From assembly GCA_050950825.1 (NCBI GenBank), contig JBMNIH010000002.1, positions 64,001 to 128,000 of the forward strand: DNA of 64,000 nucleotides, given 5' to 3'. Every line of letters starts with the position of its first letter. The first letter of the stretch is position 1. The DNA is from Clostridia bacterium (GTDB taxonomy: Bacteria; Bacillota; Clostridia; JAAYHZ01). The translations under genes were made by a program, and so were the position numbers. The notes beneath the pieces were generated by a model. The model ran no database searches and was not told where the DNA came from. It saw only the letters and a program-made list of their open reading frames with translations. Below, piece after piece: positions 35,638 through 44,396 of this stretch.

Positions 35638-36144
35638 TGCCATATCTCGGGGTTCCACCCCTGCCTCTGGCAGGTAGTCTTCATATGAAGTTGTCTGCTC
35701 TCTACAAATCCTTCCCGAGTCCTTCAATCTTTCAGAACCTCCTGTTGTTCGGCCCTTCCGCTCCGTTCATGACCGCTGCGTACTATGGCCTCTGCTGACT
35801 TCTGACCGTTCAGCCGTACATTGCTGCACGGGTTGCCTTGTGGAAGTTCATCCGACTCAGCGTACCGGTCAGATCTCCGCGGGTAAGCGCGCGCCCCTTC
35901 ATCCCATATACCTGCTTCATTTACACCGCAAGCCTCGGATAGCATTGGACTTCGTTTTGTTATGCAAACTCGTCCGACTTGCATATGCCTCATATGAAGT
36001 TCCTGTTCGTCAGGCCGGGATTTTGCCTCCGACTTCCTTCAGATTCCACCTCACGATGGACACCCTTGTCTTTGGCTAACGGTTGGTGCTATCAACCCCC
36101 GTAACGGACTTTCACCGTCAAGGTCGCGCGCATGCCGCGCGCAC

Positions 36145-36183
36145 ATAAAAAAGGTATATCAAGTATAAAACTTGATATACCCG
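36145..36183 (-). terminator. Intrinsic terminator of the mscS-parB gene; intron target
   Basis: GGTATATCAAGT-loop-ACTTGATATACC followed by a T-tract on the minus strand, then the intron 5' end. Confidence 0.85.
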
Positions 36184-36197
36184 TCTTAACGGAATTT

Positions 36198-37427
36198 CTA
36201 ATGTTCTTTGCTGTCTCGAATATCGGATTTTTCTCCTTGGATAATGGCCGGGATTGTTCTCCATCCTAATCGTTTACATGCTTCATAGCGCAAGTGACCG
36301 GCCAATATTTCATAGGTTCCTTTAATCGGATTTCTATTCAGCAAAATCGGCTGCAGGAGTCCTTGGGTGGAAATGCTTTCAATAATCGGCTCAAGCTCCG
36401 CATAATCCACTTTCAAATCCGGTTCTTGGATATGGGACATATCGATGTCCTGAATATGAGGCATGCTTTTATGCTTGCTGGCGTCCGCTTCTTTACGTTC
36501 CGCTCCGGCTTTCGAAGAATATATATAAGGTATGGCCATATCCACATTCGGATTATTCTGAAACTCTTGGAATATCATCTTGTTGATATTATACGATATT
36601 TCCGCTCTTCTCTGTACTTGGGTTTGGTATCGTAATCTCAAATAAACCCCGTAATCATACAGGTCGGATCGTATGTAGGGCTCGCTGCCTGTTTTCTCGA
36701 TGATCTCTTTTGTTACCTGTCTTGCAGCATCCAATAGAATCCGCTCCGCCGTCTTCCAGTCGGAATCATATGTGATACGAATAACGACTTCGTCCAGCAT
36801 ATATGCCGCTTCCTGTTTTACCGTATAGTTGATGACTACCTGATTAAATAGCATGGCGTTCGGAACCAATATGTATCGGCCTACGGCTTCTTCACTTCCG
36901 ATGCTACCTCCTACTTGGTCCAACCGGGTGTACATCGCGCCGATGTCCTTTACGTCACCTACCAGTCCGAGGGAAGGGAATTGTATACGATCACCCGGTC
37001 GGAAAGGTCTTTTTACCGATACAAGAATCCATGCGGCAAAACCACTGACAGGAGCTTGCAAGGACCAACCTAAAAGCATTCCGCCGAACATAGCAAAGAA
37101 ATCGCTGAAGGCTTTTAACTTTCCGAATGCAAAACCGATGCTTAAGATCACCGCAAAAAAAGCTATCAGTTTGTAAAGGCGTGATAACATCATCCCTTCC
37201 GCTATGGGTTTTTGCTTTGCTTGCATCAACCAAACCGTAACAACCGTTAACAGAAACGTTGCCGCTAAAATCAAAGCGACATTCATAAACATTCGGGGAA
37301 TCGTAATACCGGATTCTAATACTTGCCAATCAAACGGAAGGTAGTTTTCTGCCGCAAAAAAGACAACCGCAACCGCAGCGGAAATTGCCAGCGAAACTAT
37401 CGTTTTCTTTTTAAATTGATTCTCCAT
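36198..37427 (-). CDS. MscS-family mechanosensitive channel fused to a C-terminal ParB/sulfiredoxin-like domain
   Basis: TM helices, PFRPGDRIQF..GDVKDIG..YTRL, VPNAML, ITYDSD; from about residue 322 SISTQGLLQPILL...YEILAGHLRYEACKRLGWRTIPAII. Confidence 0.85.
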   Translation of the reverse strand: MENQFKKKTIVSLAISAAVAVVFFAAENYLPFDWQVLESGITIPRMFMNVALILAATFLLTVVTVWLMQAKQKPIAEGMMLSRLYKLIAFFAVILSIGFAFGKLKAFSDFFAMFGGMLLGWSLQAPVSGFAAWILVSVKRPFRPGDRIQFPSLGLVGDVKDIGAMYTRLDQVGGSIGSEEAVGRYILVPNAMLFNQVVINYTVKQEAAYMLDEVVIRITYDSDWKTAERILLDAARQVTKEIIEKTGSEPYIRSDLYDYGVYLRLRYQTQVQRRAEISYNINKMIFQEFQNNPNVDMAIPYIYSSKAGAERKEADASKHKSMPHIQDIDMSHIQEPDLKVDYAELEPIIESISTQGLLQPILLNRNPIKGTYEILAGHLRYEACKRLGWRTIPAIIQGEKSDIRDSKEH

Positions 37428-37641
37428 AAGCGTACCTCATCTTTTTAAGATTAGCTATATTTATTATATATTTTAAACTTCGCATTGACAACCGGCTGAA
37501 TGAAGGGTTGAAGATATAGTATAAAATATCCTTGCTTCCAAAAATATCTATATCATGAAAGCAAGGATGAGGGTTCGACGGATTGTATTCTTGCCCAAAT
37601 TCCGAGTTACGAAAACAGTAAAAGGCATAAATTACATCTTT

Positions 37642-38283
37642 TTATATCTTCGTATACCCGTCATGAAAAACAATGGCATCCAGCTTACGACCTTCTTTAC
37701 ACATTTCGCAATCCTTCGGGTCAAATAACTTGTACCCGGGAATATCTTCGCTCGTAAACAAAGAGTGAATCTTTTGGGTGAGTTTTTCCGGATAAGCATT
37801 GAATAAAGCGGAAATCCATGCAAGCCGGCCCCCGTAATAGGACAAAAGCTCCAAAATACCGTTCACCGTTATTCCCGTCGATATGGACGATATGAGAAGC
37901 AGTACGTTTTGATTGAAAACCATTTCTTTTACATTGTCCTGAAACATTAATTTTCTGTGGATATTATTCAGCGGCGTCACAACATGAATATCTTTTCCGC
38001 TGTTAATGACGGATGTTCCCGATTTTCGGAGTTCGTCCGCCATATAGGCACCTATAACCTCCGTTCCTTCGATACAAACAATGGTATCGATCGGAGTCGC
38101 GGCTAAATAAGGGGTTATTAATTCTACAGCTACCTCTTTGGCAATCCGTGCATTTGTTTTTAGATCACACAGATCAAGATAATAATTCAGATGGGAGTGG
38201 CTGGTCGTAAAATGCCCGGGTATCACTCTGACGGCAATGGACGGATTTCTTGTCAACGAGATTTTAAAGCTCCGTCTTTCCAT
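37642..38283 (-). CDS. Type I phosphoribosyltransferase-fold protein (orotate PRT-like) with C-terminal CxxC
   Basis: GHFTTSHSHLNYYLD, IVCIEGTEVIG, VLLLISSISTG at the PRPP-loop position, CEMCK. Confidence 0.7.
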   Translation of the reverse strand: MERRSFKISLTRNPSIAVRVIPGHFTTSHSHLNYYLDLCDLKTNARIAKEVAVELITPYLAATPIDTIVCIEGTEVIGAYMADELRKSGTSVINSGKDIHVVTPLNNIHRKLMFQDNVKEMVFNQNVLLLISSISTGITVNGILELLSYYGGRLAWISALFNAYPEKLTQKIHSLFTSEDIPGYKLFDPKDCEMCKEGRKLDAIVFHDGYTKI

Positions 38284-38698
38284 TTTTCATTCCTCCTTTT
38301 CACACCCATTATTTACTTACAATATATATCAATATATATAAGCCTTATGGTAATCGATGCATCCGTGTAAAAATTGCATTTGCAATGCCGGTTATAGAAT
38401 GAAGCCGTCTGCAAATAAAAACGGATGTCTCAAATCGCCCGGTCAAAAATCTTCAAAATGAAAAGTAAGAAGAAGACAGAACTTACATATTACCCGATAC
38501 CGTGTCACAAGCCTTCGATTGATTTTTGTCGATTCCGTCTTTTAACGATCTCTCTAATATATATGCCTTTAATATAAGCAATAAATGGTTCGCCTTTAAA
38601 CCTTTAAGCCTTTAATATACAATGAGTTGTATTAATGTCGATGGATTCCCTTTAAAAATATCTTAGCATGATTATTTTCGAATATCAATATGATCGGT

Positions 38699-39568
38699 TT
38701 ATTTGTTATTAATTGAGAACCGTCCCTTCAAATTGACGATGACCAGCTCGGGAGGATTAAAGAATCGAAGCAGGATGCTTTTACTCAATCCTCGGCTGAC
38801 TACCAAAAAGGCTTCGTTTAACGGATAACAGCCGCCGGTATATTTCGGGAAGAAGCCTTGGTGAGGTGCATAAAAACCGTTAAGGATAAACGGTATACGA
38901 AATTGTCCCCCGTGAGCATGTCCGGAAACGATCAAATCGTAACCGCTTTCCACATACTCGTCTATCAATTCGGGGCGGTGAGACAGCAAAACGGAGTAAT
39001 AGGATTCTTCCCTTTGCGTTTTGCAATTGTGCAGTTGGTCATAAAAGCTCTCTCCCTTGGTGTGTTCCGTTCGATAACGAGGATGAAACGCTTCGGGATC
39101 GTCCAAACCCGACACCTGTATTTTTTGTCCGTCTATTGATAGGACTTTTGTTTCTCCCTCCAAAACGGTCACACCGTAGGATCGAATCATATCTTTGATT
39201 TGATCGGCATGTCCGGACCATATTTCATGATTTCCGGACACATAAAAGCAAGGATACTTCGATCCGATTACGGACAGAAGCTCCTCGACGGCATCATGAG
39301 GCTTACGATCGTCGGCAATATCACCAACCAGAAGAATCATATCGGGTTCTTGGTTTCGGATGGCTTTTATGAGTCCTTCTTGATTCTTTCCGAAATAGCA
39401 ATCGTGTAAATCCGCAATAACCGCTATCTTCACCGAAGCTTTCACCTTATCCGACGAGATATTATAGGTTTTTACGACGATGCCGTGCCAAAAAGCCGTA
39501 ACAAATACCCCGATAAGCAAAGCGATAAAAAGGTATGGAATCATGATTTTCTTTTGACCGAATGTCAT
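38699..39568 (-). CDS. Metallophosphoesterase (YkuE-like), membrane-anchored
   Basis: DLH, GD, GNHE, SHRP, GHAHGGQ. Confidence 0.92.
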   Translation of the reverse strand: MTFGQKKIMIPYLFIALLIGVFVTAFWHGIVVKTYNISSDKVKASVKIAVIADLHDCYFGKNQEGLIKAIRNQEPDMILLVGDIADDRKPHDAVEELLSVIGSKYPCFYVSGNHEIWSGHADQIKDMIRSYGVTVLEGETKVLSIDGQKIQVSGLDDPEAFHPRYRTEHTKGESFYDQLHNCKTQREESYYSVLLSHRPELIDEYVESGYDLIVSGHAHGGQFRIPFILNGFYAPHQGFFPKYTGGCYPLNEAFLVVSRGLSKSILLRFFNPPELVIVNLKGRFSINNK

Positions 39569-39781
39569 TTGTCCCCCGTTTCTTTATATTTCATTCATTC
39601 CCATTATACACATTTATTCCGTGAAACTCATTCCATCCTTTTATTTTTACTTCAATATCCGTGAAAATTTGATTAGAAACACCGTGACTTCGAATCGATC
39701 TATGATACAATGGATGTATGTAAAGCGAAGATCCAAGGTTTTTAAAGCAACGAAATTGAAAACTTATAAGGAGGATCTTTC

Positions 39782-41050
39782 ATGGAGAAACTGGCAATTC
39801 TTGGCGGCGCAAAAGCCGTAAAAAGTGATGTAGGCGACATATTCACTTGGCCCATCATAACCGACGAGGATCGGAACGCCGTTTTGGATGTGTTGAACGA
39901 TCGAGCCATGTCGGGTACGGATATTACAAGGTTGTTTGAAGTAGAATATGCCGCTTGGATCGGCAGAAGGTACGCATTAGGCTTCAATAACGGTACTTCC
40001 GCATTGCATGCTGCAATGTATGCCGTTGGAATCGGAAAAGGCGACGAAATCATTTGCCAAAGCAATACGTATTGGGCTTCTTGTCTTCCCTGTTTTTCTT
40101 TAAAGGCAACCGTCGTTTTTGCCGATATTGAAAGACACACCCTATGCATAGACCCGCAAGATATCGAACATCGAATTTCGGAAGATACCAAAGCGATCGT
40201 TGTCGTTCATTACAACGGATATCCCGCGCCCATGGACGAAATTTTACGCATTGCAAAAAAGTACAATTTGAAAGTCATAGAGGACGTTTCCCATGCCCAC
40301 GGTGCCTTATACAAAGGAAAGCCGGTCGGCACTTTCGGTGATGTTGCAGCCATGTCCTTGATGACGGGAAAAGCATTTGCCATCGGTGAAGCAGGCATGT
40401 TGGTTACCGACGATAAAAAAATCTACCAAAGAGCGCTGGCATTCGGTCATTACGAGAGGAATTCATCCCAATACATCGATGAAGAAGAGCTTCTTCCTTA
40501 TCTCGGTCTTCCCTTGGGAGGATACAAATACAGAATGCATCAAATGAGTGCCGCCGTAGGTCGGGTTCAATTAAAGCACTATAATGAACGAATGGAAGAG
40601 ATTCAACGGTCCATGAATTACTTTTGGGACTTGTTGGAAGGAGTCCCGGGAATCAAGGCACACCGGCCCGATAAGAACTCCGGAAGTACCATGGGAGGAT
40701 GGTACAATCCGAAAGGCTTGTATTATGCGGAAGAATTGGGGGGCTTAAGTATCGAAACGTACATAAAAGCGTTGAAAGCGGAAGGAGTTTCTTCCTCCGC
40801 AGGCGGAAACATACCTTTGCATACCCATCGACTGTTCCGGGATTGTGATATATACAACGACGGCAAACCCACCCGAATCGCCCATGCCAAACGGGACGTA
40901 AGAGAATTGGATAAATCCATCGTAATAGGAGAAAAAATCAACCGCATGTCTTTAAGAGTTCCATGGTTTAAAAAGTTCCATAAAGACATCATCGAAGAGC
41001 ATGCGGAAGCTTTCCGGAAAATCGGCGAGCAATACAAGGATCTGTTGTAA
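39782..41050 (+). CDS. DegT/DnrJ/EryC1/StrS family PLP aminotransferase
   Basis: NNGTSALH, VFADI, IEDVSHAHGA, SLMTGK (PLP lysine), GEAGML. Confidence 0.9.
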   Translation: MEKLAILGGAKAVKSDVGDIFTWPIITDEDRNAVLDVLNDRAMSGTDITRLFEVEYAAWIGRRYALGFNNGTSALHAAMYAVGIGKGDEIICQSNTYWASCLPCFSLKATVVFADIERHTLCIDPQDIEHRISEDTKAIVVVHYNGYPAPMDEILRIAKKYNLKVIEDVSHAHGALYKGKPVGTFGDVAAMSLMTGKAFAIGEAGMLVTDDKKIYQRALAFGHYERNSSQYIDEEELLPYLGLPLGGYKYRMHQMSAAVGRVQLKHYNERMEEIQRSMNYFWDLLEGVPGIKAHRPDKNSGSTMGGWYNPKGLYYAEELGGLSIETYIKALKAEGVSSSAGGNIPLHTHRLFRDCDIYNDGKPTRIAHAKRDVRELDKSIVIGEKINRMSLRVPWFKKFHKDIIEEHAEAFRKIGEQYKDLL

Positions 41051-41055
41051 AATAA

Positions 41056-41108
41056 GAAGGCATGTGTCTTGACTATGAATCGCTCACTGTTTTGACACAT
41101 GCCTTTTC
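41056..41108. terminator. Terminator hairpin between convergent genes
   Basis: AAGGCATGTGTC...GACACATGCCTT. Confidence 0.6.
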
Positions 41109-41164
41109 GTATCATTTTTTCTTTGTTGTCTCAATCGTAACCGTAATCGATCGACGATTCTCCT

Positions 41165-42562
41165 CTATCGTTCCGCAATCGGAACGTATTCCTTGCGCGA
41201 AGCCACGCTTTTGTATGCGGGTCGAATGATTTTTCCCGCGTTTATCAGCTCTTCCATTCGATGTGCACTCCAGCCGGCAATACGGGCGACGGCAAAGATC
41301 GGAGTGTACAGCTCGACGGGCAGATCTAGCATGTCATAAAGAAAACCGCTGTAGAAATCCACGTTTGCCGATACGCCTTTAAAAATCCGTCGTTTCTCCG
41401 CTATCACTTTCGGTGCAATTTCTTCGACTAAAGAATACAAATTGTATTCGTCTTCTTTTCCCTTTTCTAGAGACAAAGTTTTCACGTATTCTTTCAATAT
41501 TTCCGACCTCGGGTCCGAAAGAGAATATACGGCATGCCCCATACCGTAGATAAGACCGGACCGATCAAAAGCCTCCTTGTTAAGCAGCTTTCTCAGATAA
41601 TGCGCAATTTTGTCTTGGTCCTTCCAATCGTCCACGTTCTTCTTCAGGTCTTCAAACATCTGTACAACTTTAATATTCGCACCGCCGTGCTTCGGACCTT
41701 TCAAAGAACATATGGCGGCGGCAATTGCGGAATACGTGTCGGTTCCGGATGAGGTAACCACGTGCGTTGTAAAGGTGGAGTTGTTTCCTCCCCCGTGTTC
41801 GGCATGTAACACCAAAGCGATATCCAATACTTTTGCTTCCAAAGACGTATACTTTTTATCCGGCCGCAACAGTCTTAAAAAATTCTCCGCCGTCGAAAGC
41901 TCCGGTAAAGGTGTATGGATGTAGAGACTTTCTCCTTTATGATAATGCCGATATGAATGGTATCCGTATACGGACAAAAGAGGAAATATGGCGATCAACT
42001 GGAGGCACTGTCTTAAGACGTTCGGAAGAGAAGTGTCGTCCCCCTTATCGTCATACGGGTAAAGAGTAAGAACGCTTCTTGACAACGTGTTCATCATGTC
42101 GTGACTGGGAGCCTTCATAATGATATCTCTTACAAAATTCGTAGGCAGCGAGCGATAACGAGTCAACAAACCGTTAAATTCTTTTAACTCCTGCTCCGTA
42201 GGCAATTCTCCGAACAAAAGTAAATACGTCGTTTCTTCAAAGCCGAACCGCCCTTCTTTTGCGAAGCCGTTAACCAAATCCTTTACGTTAACACCTCGAT
42301 AATACAGCTCCCCGTAAGCGGGAACGCTTTCTCCTTGTTCATCTTCTTTTGTTGCAACGATCTCCGAGATTTCCGTTAAGCCGGTTAAAACGCCTTTTCC
42401 TTGTAAATCTCTCAAACCTCTTTTGACGTCGTATTTTTGATAAAGTTCAGGATCAATGGAGCTGTTTTTTATACATAATTCGGAAAGCTGAATTAATCCG
42501 GGCGTGACTTCAGTGAACGGATTCGTTTTCTTCATACTTATCCCTTCTTTCTCCAAATTCAT
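41165..42562 (-). CDS. gltA: Citrate (Si)-synthase
   Basis: LHAEHGGGNNST, GPKHGGAN, GMGHAVY..DPR, ANVDFYSG, ARIAGW. Confidence 0.93.
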   Translation of the reverse strand: MNLEKEGISMKKTNPFTEVTPGLIQLSELCIKNSSIDPELYQKYDVKRGLRDLQGKGVLTGLTEISEIVATKEDEQGESVPAYGELYYRGVNVKDLVNGFAKEGRFGFEETTYLLLFGELPTEQELKEFNGLLTRYRSLPTNFVRDIIMKAPSHDMMNTLSRSVLTLYPYDDKGDDTSLPNVLRQCLQLIAIFPLLSVYGYHSYRHYHKGESLYIHTPLPELSTAENFLRLLRPDKKYTSLEAKVLDIALVLHAEHGGGNNSTFTTHVVTSSGTDTYSAIAAAICSLKGPKHGGANIKVVQMFEDLKKNVDDWKDQDKIAHYLRKLLNKEAFDRSGLIYGMGHAVYSLSDPRSEILKEYVKTLSLEKGKEDEYNLYSLVEEIAPKVIAEKRRIFKGVSANVDFYSGFLYDMLDLPVELYTPIFAVARIAGWSAHRMEELINAGKIIRPAYKSVASRKEYVPIAER

Positions 42563-42878
42563 TGCAATTGTTATGTTTAATTTTGTTGATTATTCCGACC
42601 CGTACCTTAATTAAATATGGTAATAAATTAAAGAAAATTATACCGGGAAGCGCATATGAAGTAAAGATAAAATTTTTCAATGAAAGTCGGGAACAGAAGT
42701 AACCAATCGGTATTTACTTTTATAGCGGTTGTGATATCATGATATTTATCAATGAACCATGAATAGTTTTTAGTATTAATAAAAGAAAGGTGGTGTAGTA
42801 CCCGGTTTTTAGGCGAATCGAATAAAAGAACATGGATTTTTTCTTTTTGACTTTCGATTATGAAACCGGGTAATCCAA

Positions 42879-44042
42879 ATGATTGTTGGTATTCCGAAAG
42901 AAATAATGCCTGGTGAAAACCGTGTGGCTGCTATTCCGGCAACGGTTTCGAAAATGATCCAAGACGGTGTAGAAGTTTTAGTTCAAAAATCCGCCGGAGA
43001 CGGGTCTTTTTATCACGATGATGAATACATAGCGGCAGGAGCAAAAATTATTGATAATCCTGCAGAGCTGTATCAAAAGTCCGATTTAATCCTTAAAGTT
43101 AAAGAGCCCCAATTTAACGAAGCGTTAAATGTTCATGAAGTGGACTTGATGCACGAAGGTCAGTATCTGATTACATTTTTACATCCTGCTGCACCTGCCA
43201 ATCATGAAATGGTCAATCGATTGGCTCAAAAAGGAGTTATCGGACTTACGTTAGACGGTATTCCTCGAATTTCCCGAGCTCAAAACATGGACGCGCTTAC
43301 CTCCATGAGTACATGCGCGGGGTACAAAGGCATGCTTATGGCTGCCAATTACTTACCGAAATTCGTTCCTCAGATATTCACCGCAACCGGTATGATTAAA
43401 CCGGTCAACGTTCTCGTCATCGGAACGGGAGTTGCGGGTCTTCAAGCCATAGCCACCGCCAAAAGACTCGGTGCCGTTGTTTATGCGGCGGATATTCGTA
43501 AAGAAGCTGCCGAGCATGCAAAAAGCTTAGGTGCCAACATCATTGATATCGGTGTGCCCGACCGTGTGTCTGTAGGAAAAGGCGGCTACGCCAACGAACT
43601 GCCGGAACAATGGCTGGAGGTCGAACGAAAAGCATTAGCGGAAAAACTGCCTTCGATGGATATCGTATTTTTAAGCGCTTTGGTTCCCGGAAAAATTGCT
43701 CCCGTTTTGTTAACCGACGAAATGGTTGCCTCCATGGCTCCGGGCTCATCCATCGTAGATATCTCCATTGACCAAGGCGGTAACTGCGCCTTGACCGTTC
43801 CCGGCGAGGTTGCCGTAAAGCACGGCGTTACCATCATTGGTATCAAAAATATTCCGGGATTGCTGCCTACAAGCTCAACATGGATGTTTGCCAATAACAT
43901 ATACAATCTATTTAAATATATGTTGAAAGACAAGAAAATCGTATTGGATAAAAAAGACGAGATCGTTTCATCGATTTTGACCACCATCGACGGAAAAGTC
44001 GTTCACAAAGGTGCCCTTGAAGCGATGAAAAAAATGAAGTAA
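42879..44042 (+). CDS. pntAA: NAD(P) transhydrogenase subunit alpha, domain I
   Basis: GIPKE..GENRVA, RISRAQNMDALTSM, GTGVAGLQA, DQGGNC. Confidence 0.92.
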   Translation: MIVGIPKEIMPGENRVAAIPATVSKMIQDGVEVLVQKSAGDGSFYHDDEYIAAGAKIIDNPAELYQKSDLILKVKEPQFNEALNVHEVDLMHEGQYLITFLHPAAPANHEMVNRLAQKGVIGLTLDGIPRISRAQNMDALTSMSTCAGYKGMLMAANYLPKFVPQIFTATGMIKPVNVLVIGTGVAGLQAIATAKRLGAVVYAADIRKEAAEHAKSLGANIIDIGVPDRVSVGKGGYANELPEQWLEVERKALAEKLPSMDIVFLSALVPGKIAPVLLTDEMVASMAPGSSIVDISIDQGGNCALTVPGEVAVKHGVTIIGIKNIPGLLPTSSTWMFANNIYNLFKYMLKDKKIVLDKKDEIVSSILTTIDGKVVHKGALEAMKKMK

Positions 44043-44105
44043 AAATCAAAAAATTGTGACCGTTTTCTCCGACCGGTTCGGAAAAACGTCGGAAAGGAGT
44101 TTTCA

Positions 44106-44396
44106 ATGCAGGCTCTCTTACTGATTCTCGTATTCCTCGTAAGCACCGTAGTCGGCTACATGATTATTAAAAACGTGCCTAGTCTTTTACACACTCCTTT
44201 AATGTCCGGAATGAACGCCTTGTCCGGGATTACCGTTTTGGGTGCCTTGACAACCGCAGCCATTGCGATACAGACGGGAAGCAAAATCCTAGGCTATTTG
44301 GCCATCGTATTGGCGATGATTAATGTAGCCGGAGGTTTTACCGTTACCGGAAGAATGCTAAAAATGTTTAAGAACAAAGGAGATGACAACAGATGA
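44106..44396 (+). CDS. pntAB: NAD(P) transhydrogenase subunit alpha, membrane part
   Basis: LHTPLMSGMNALSG, INVAGGFTVTGRMLKMF. Confidence 0.93.
   Translation: MQALLLILVFLVSTVVGYMIIKNVPSLLHTPLMSGMNALSGITVLGALTTAAIAIQTGSKILGYLAIVLAMINVAGGFTVTGRMLKMFKNKGDDNR

Larger units (their letters stand above)
34257..35727 (-). pseudogene. ltrA: Group II intron reverse transcriptase/maturase with frameshifted C-terminus
   Basis: IPKPDGGVRLLGIPTVVDR, SFGFRPGRSAH, PQGGPLSPLL, RYADD, FLGF, domain X GWVNYF. Stops at 34336 as written; removing the 34-bp duplication gives YWRIANSPILSQTITNERL... to a stop at 34257. Confidence 0.88.
34162..36144 (-). mobile_element. Group II intron, class IIC
   Basis: 5' GTGCG at 36144 directly after a terminator stem-loop; domain V GAACCGCCGTATACCGAACGGTACGTACGGTGGT (CGC triad); domain VI ending CCTACCCGAT at 34162; internal RT without endonuclease domain. 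Confidence 0.93.

Noticed and set aside
34336-35727. RT as a retron, DGR or CRISPR-associated RT
   Set aside because: Intron ends, domains V/VI, domain X and the terminator target identify a IIC intron; no template/variable repeat pair or cas genes seen
36198-36464. ParB domain as a plasmid or prophage partition locus
   Set aside because: No parA, HTH domain, parS array or phage genes; domain is fused to MscS
42562-42879. Rex operator upstream of pnt
   Set aside because: Only half-site-like TTGTGA/TTGTTA, no palindromic partner
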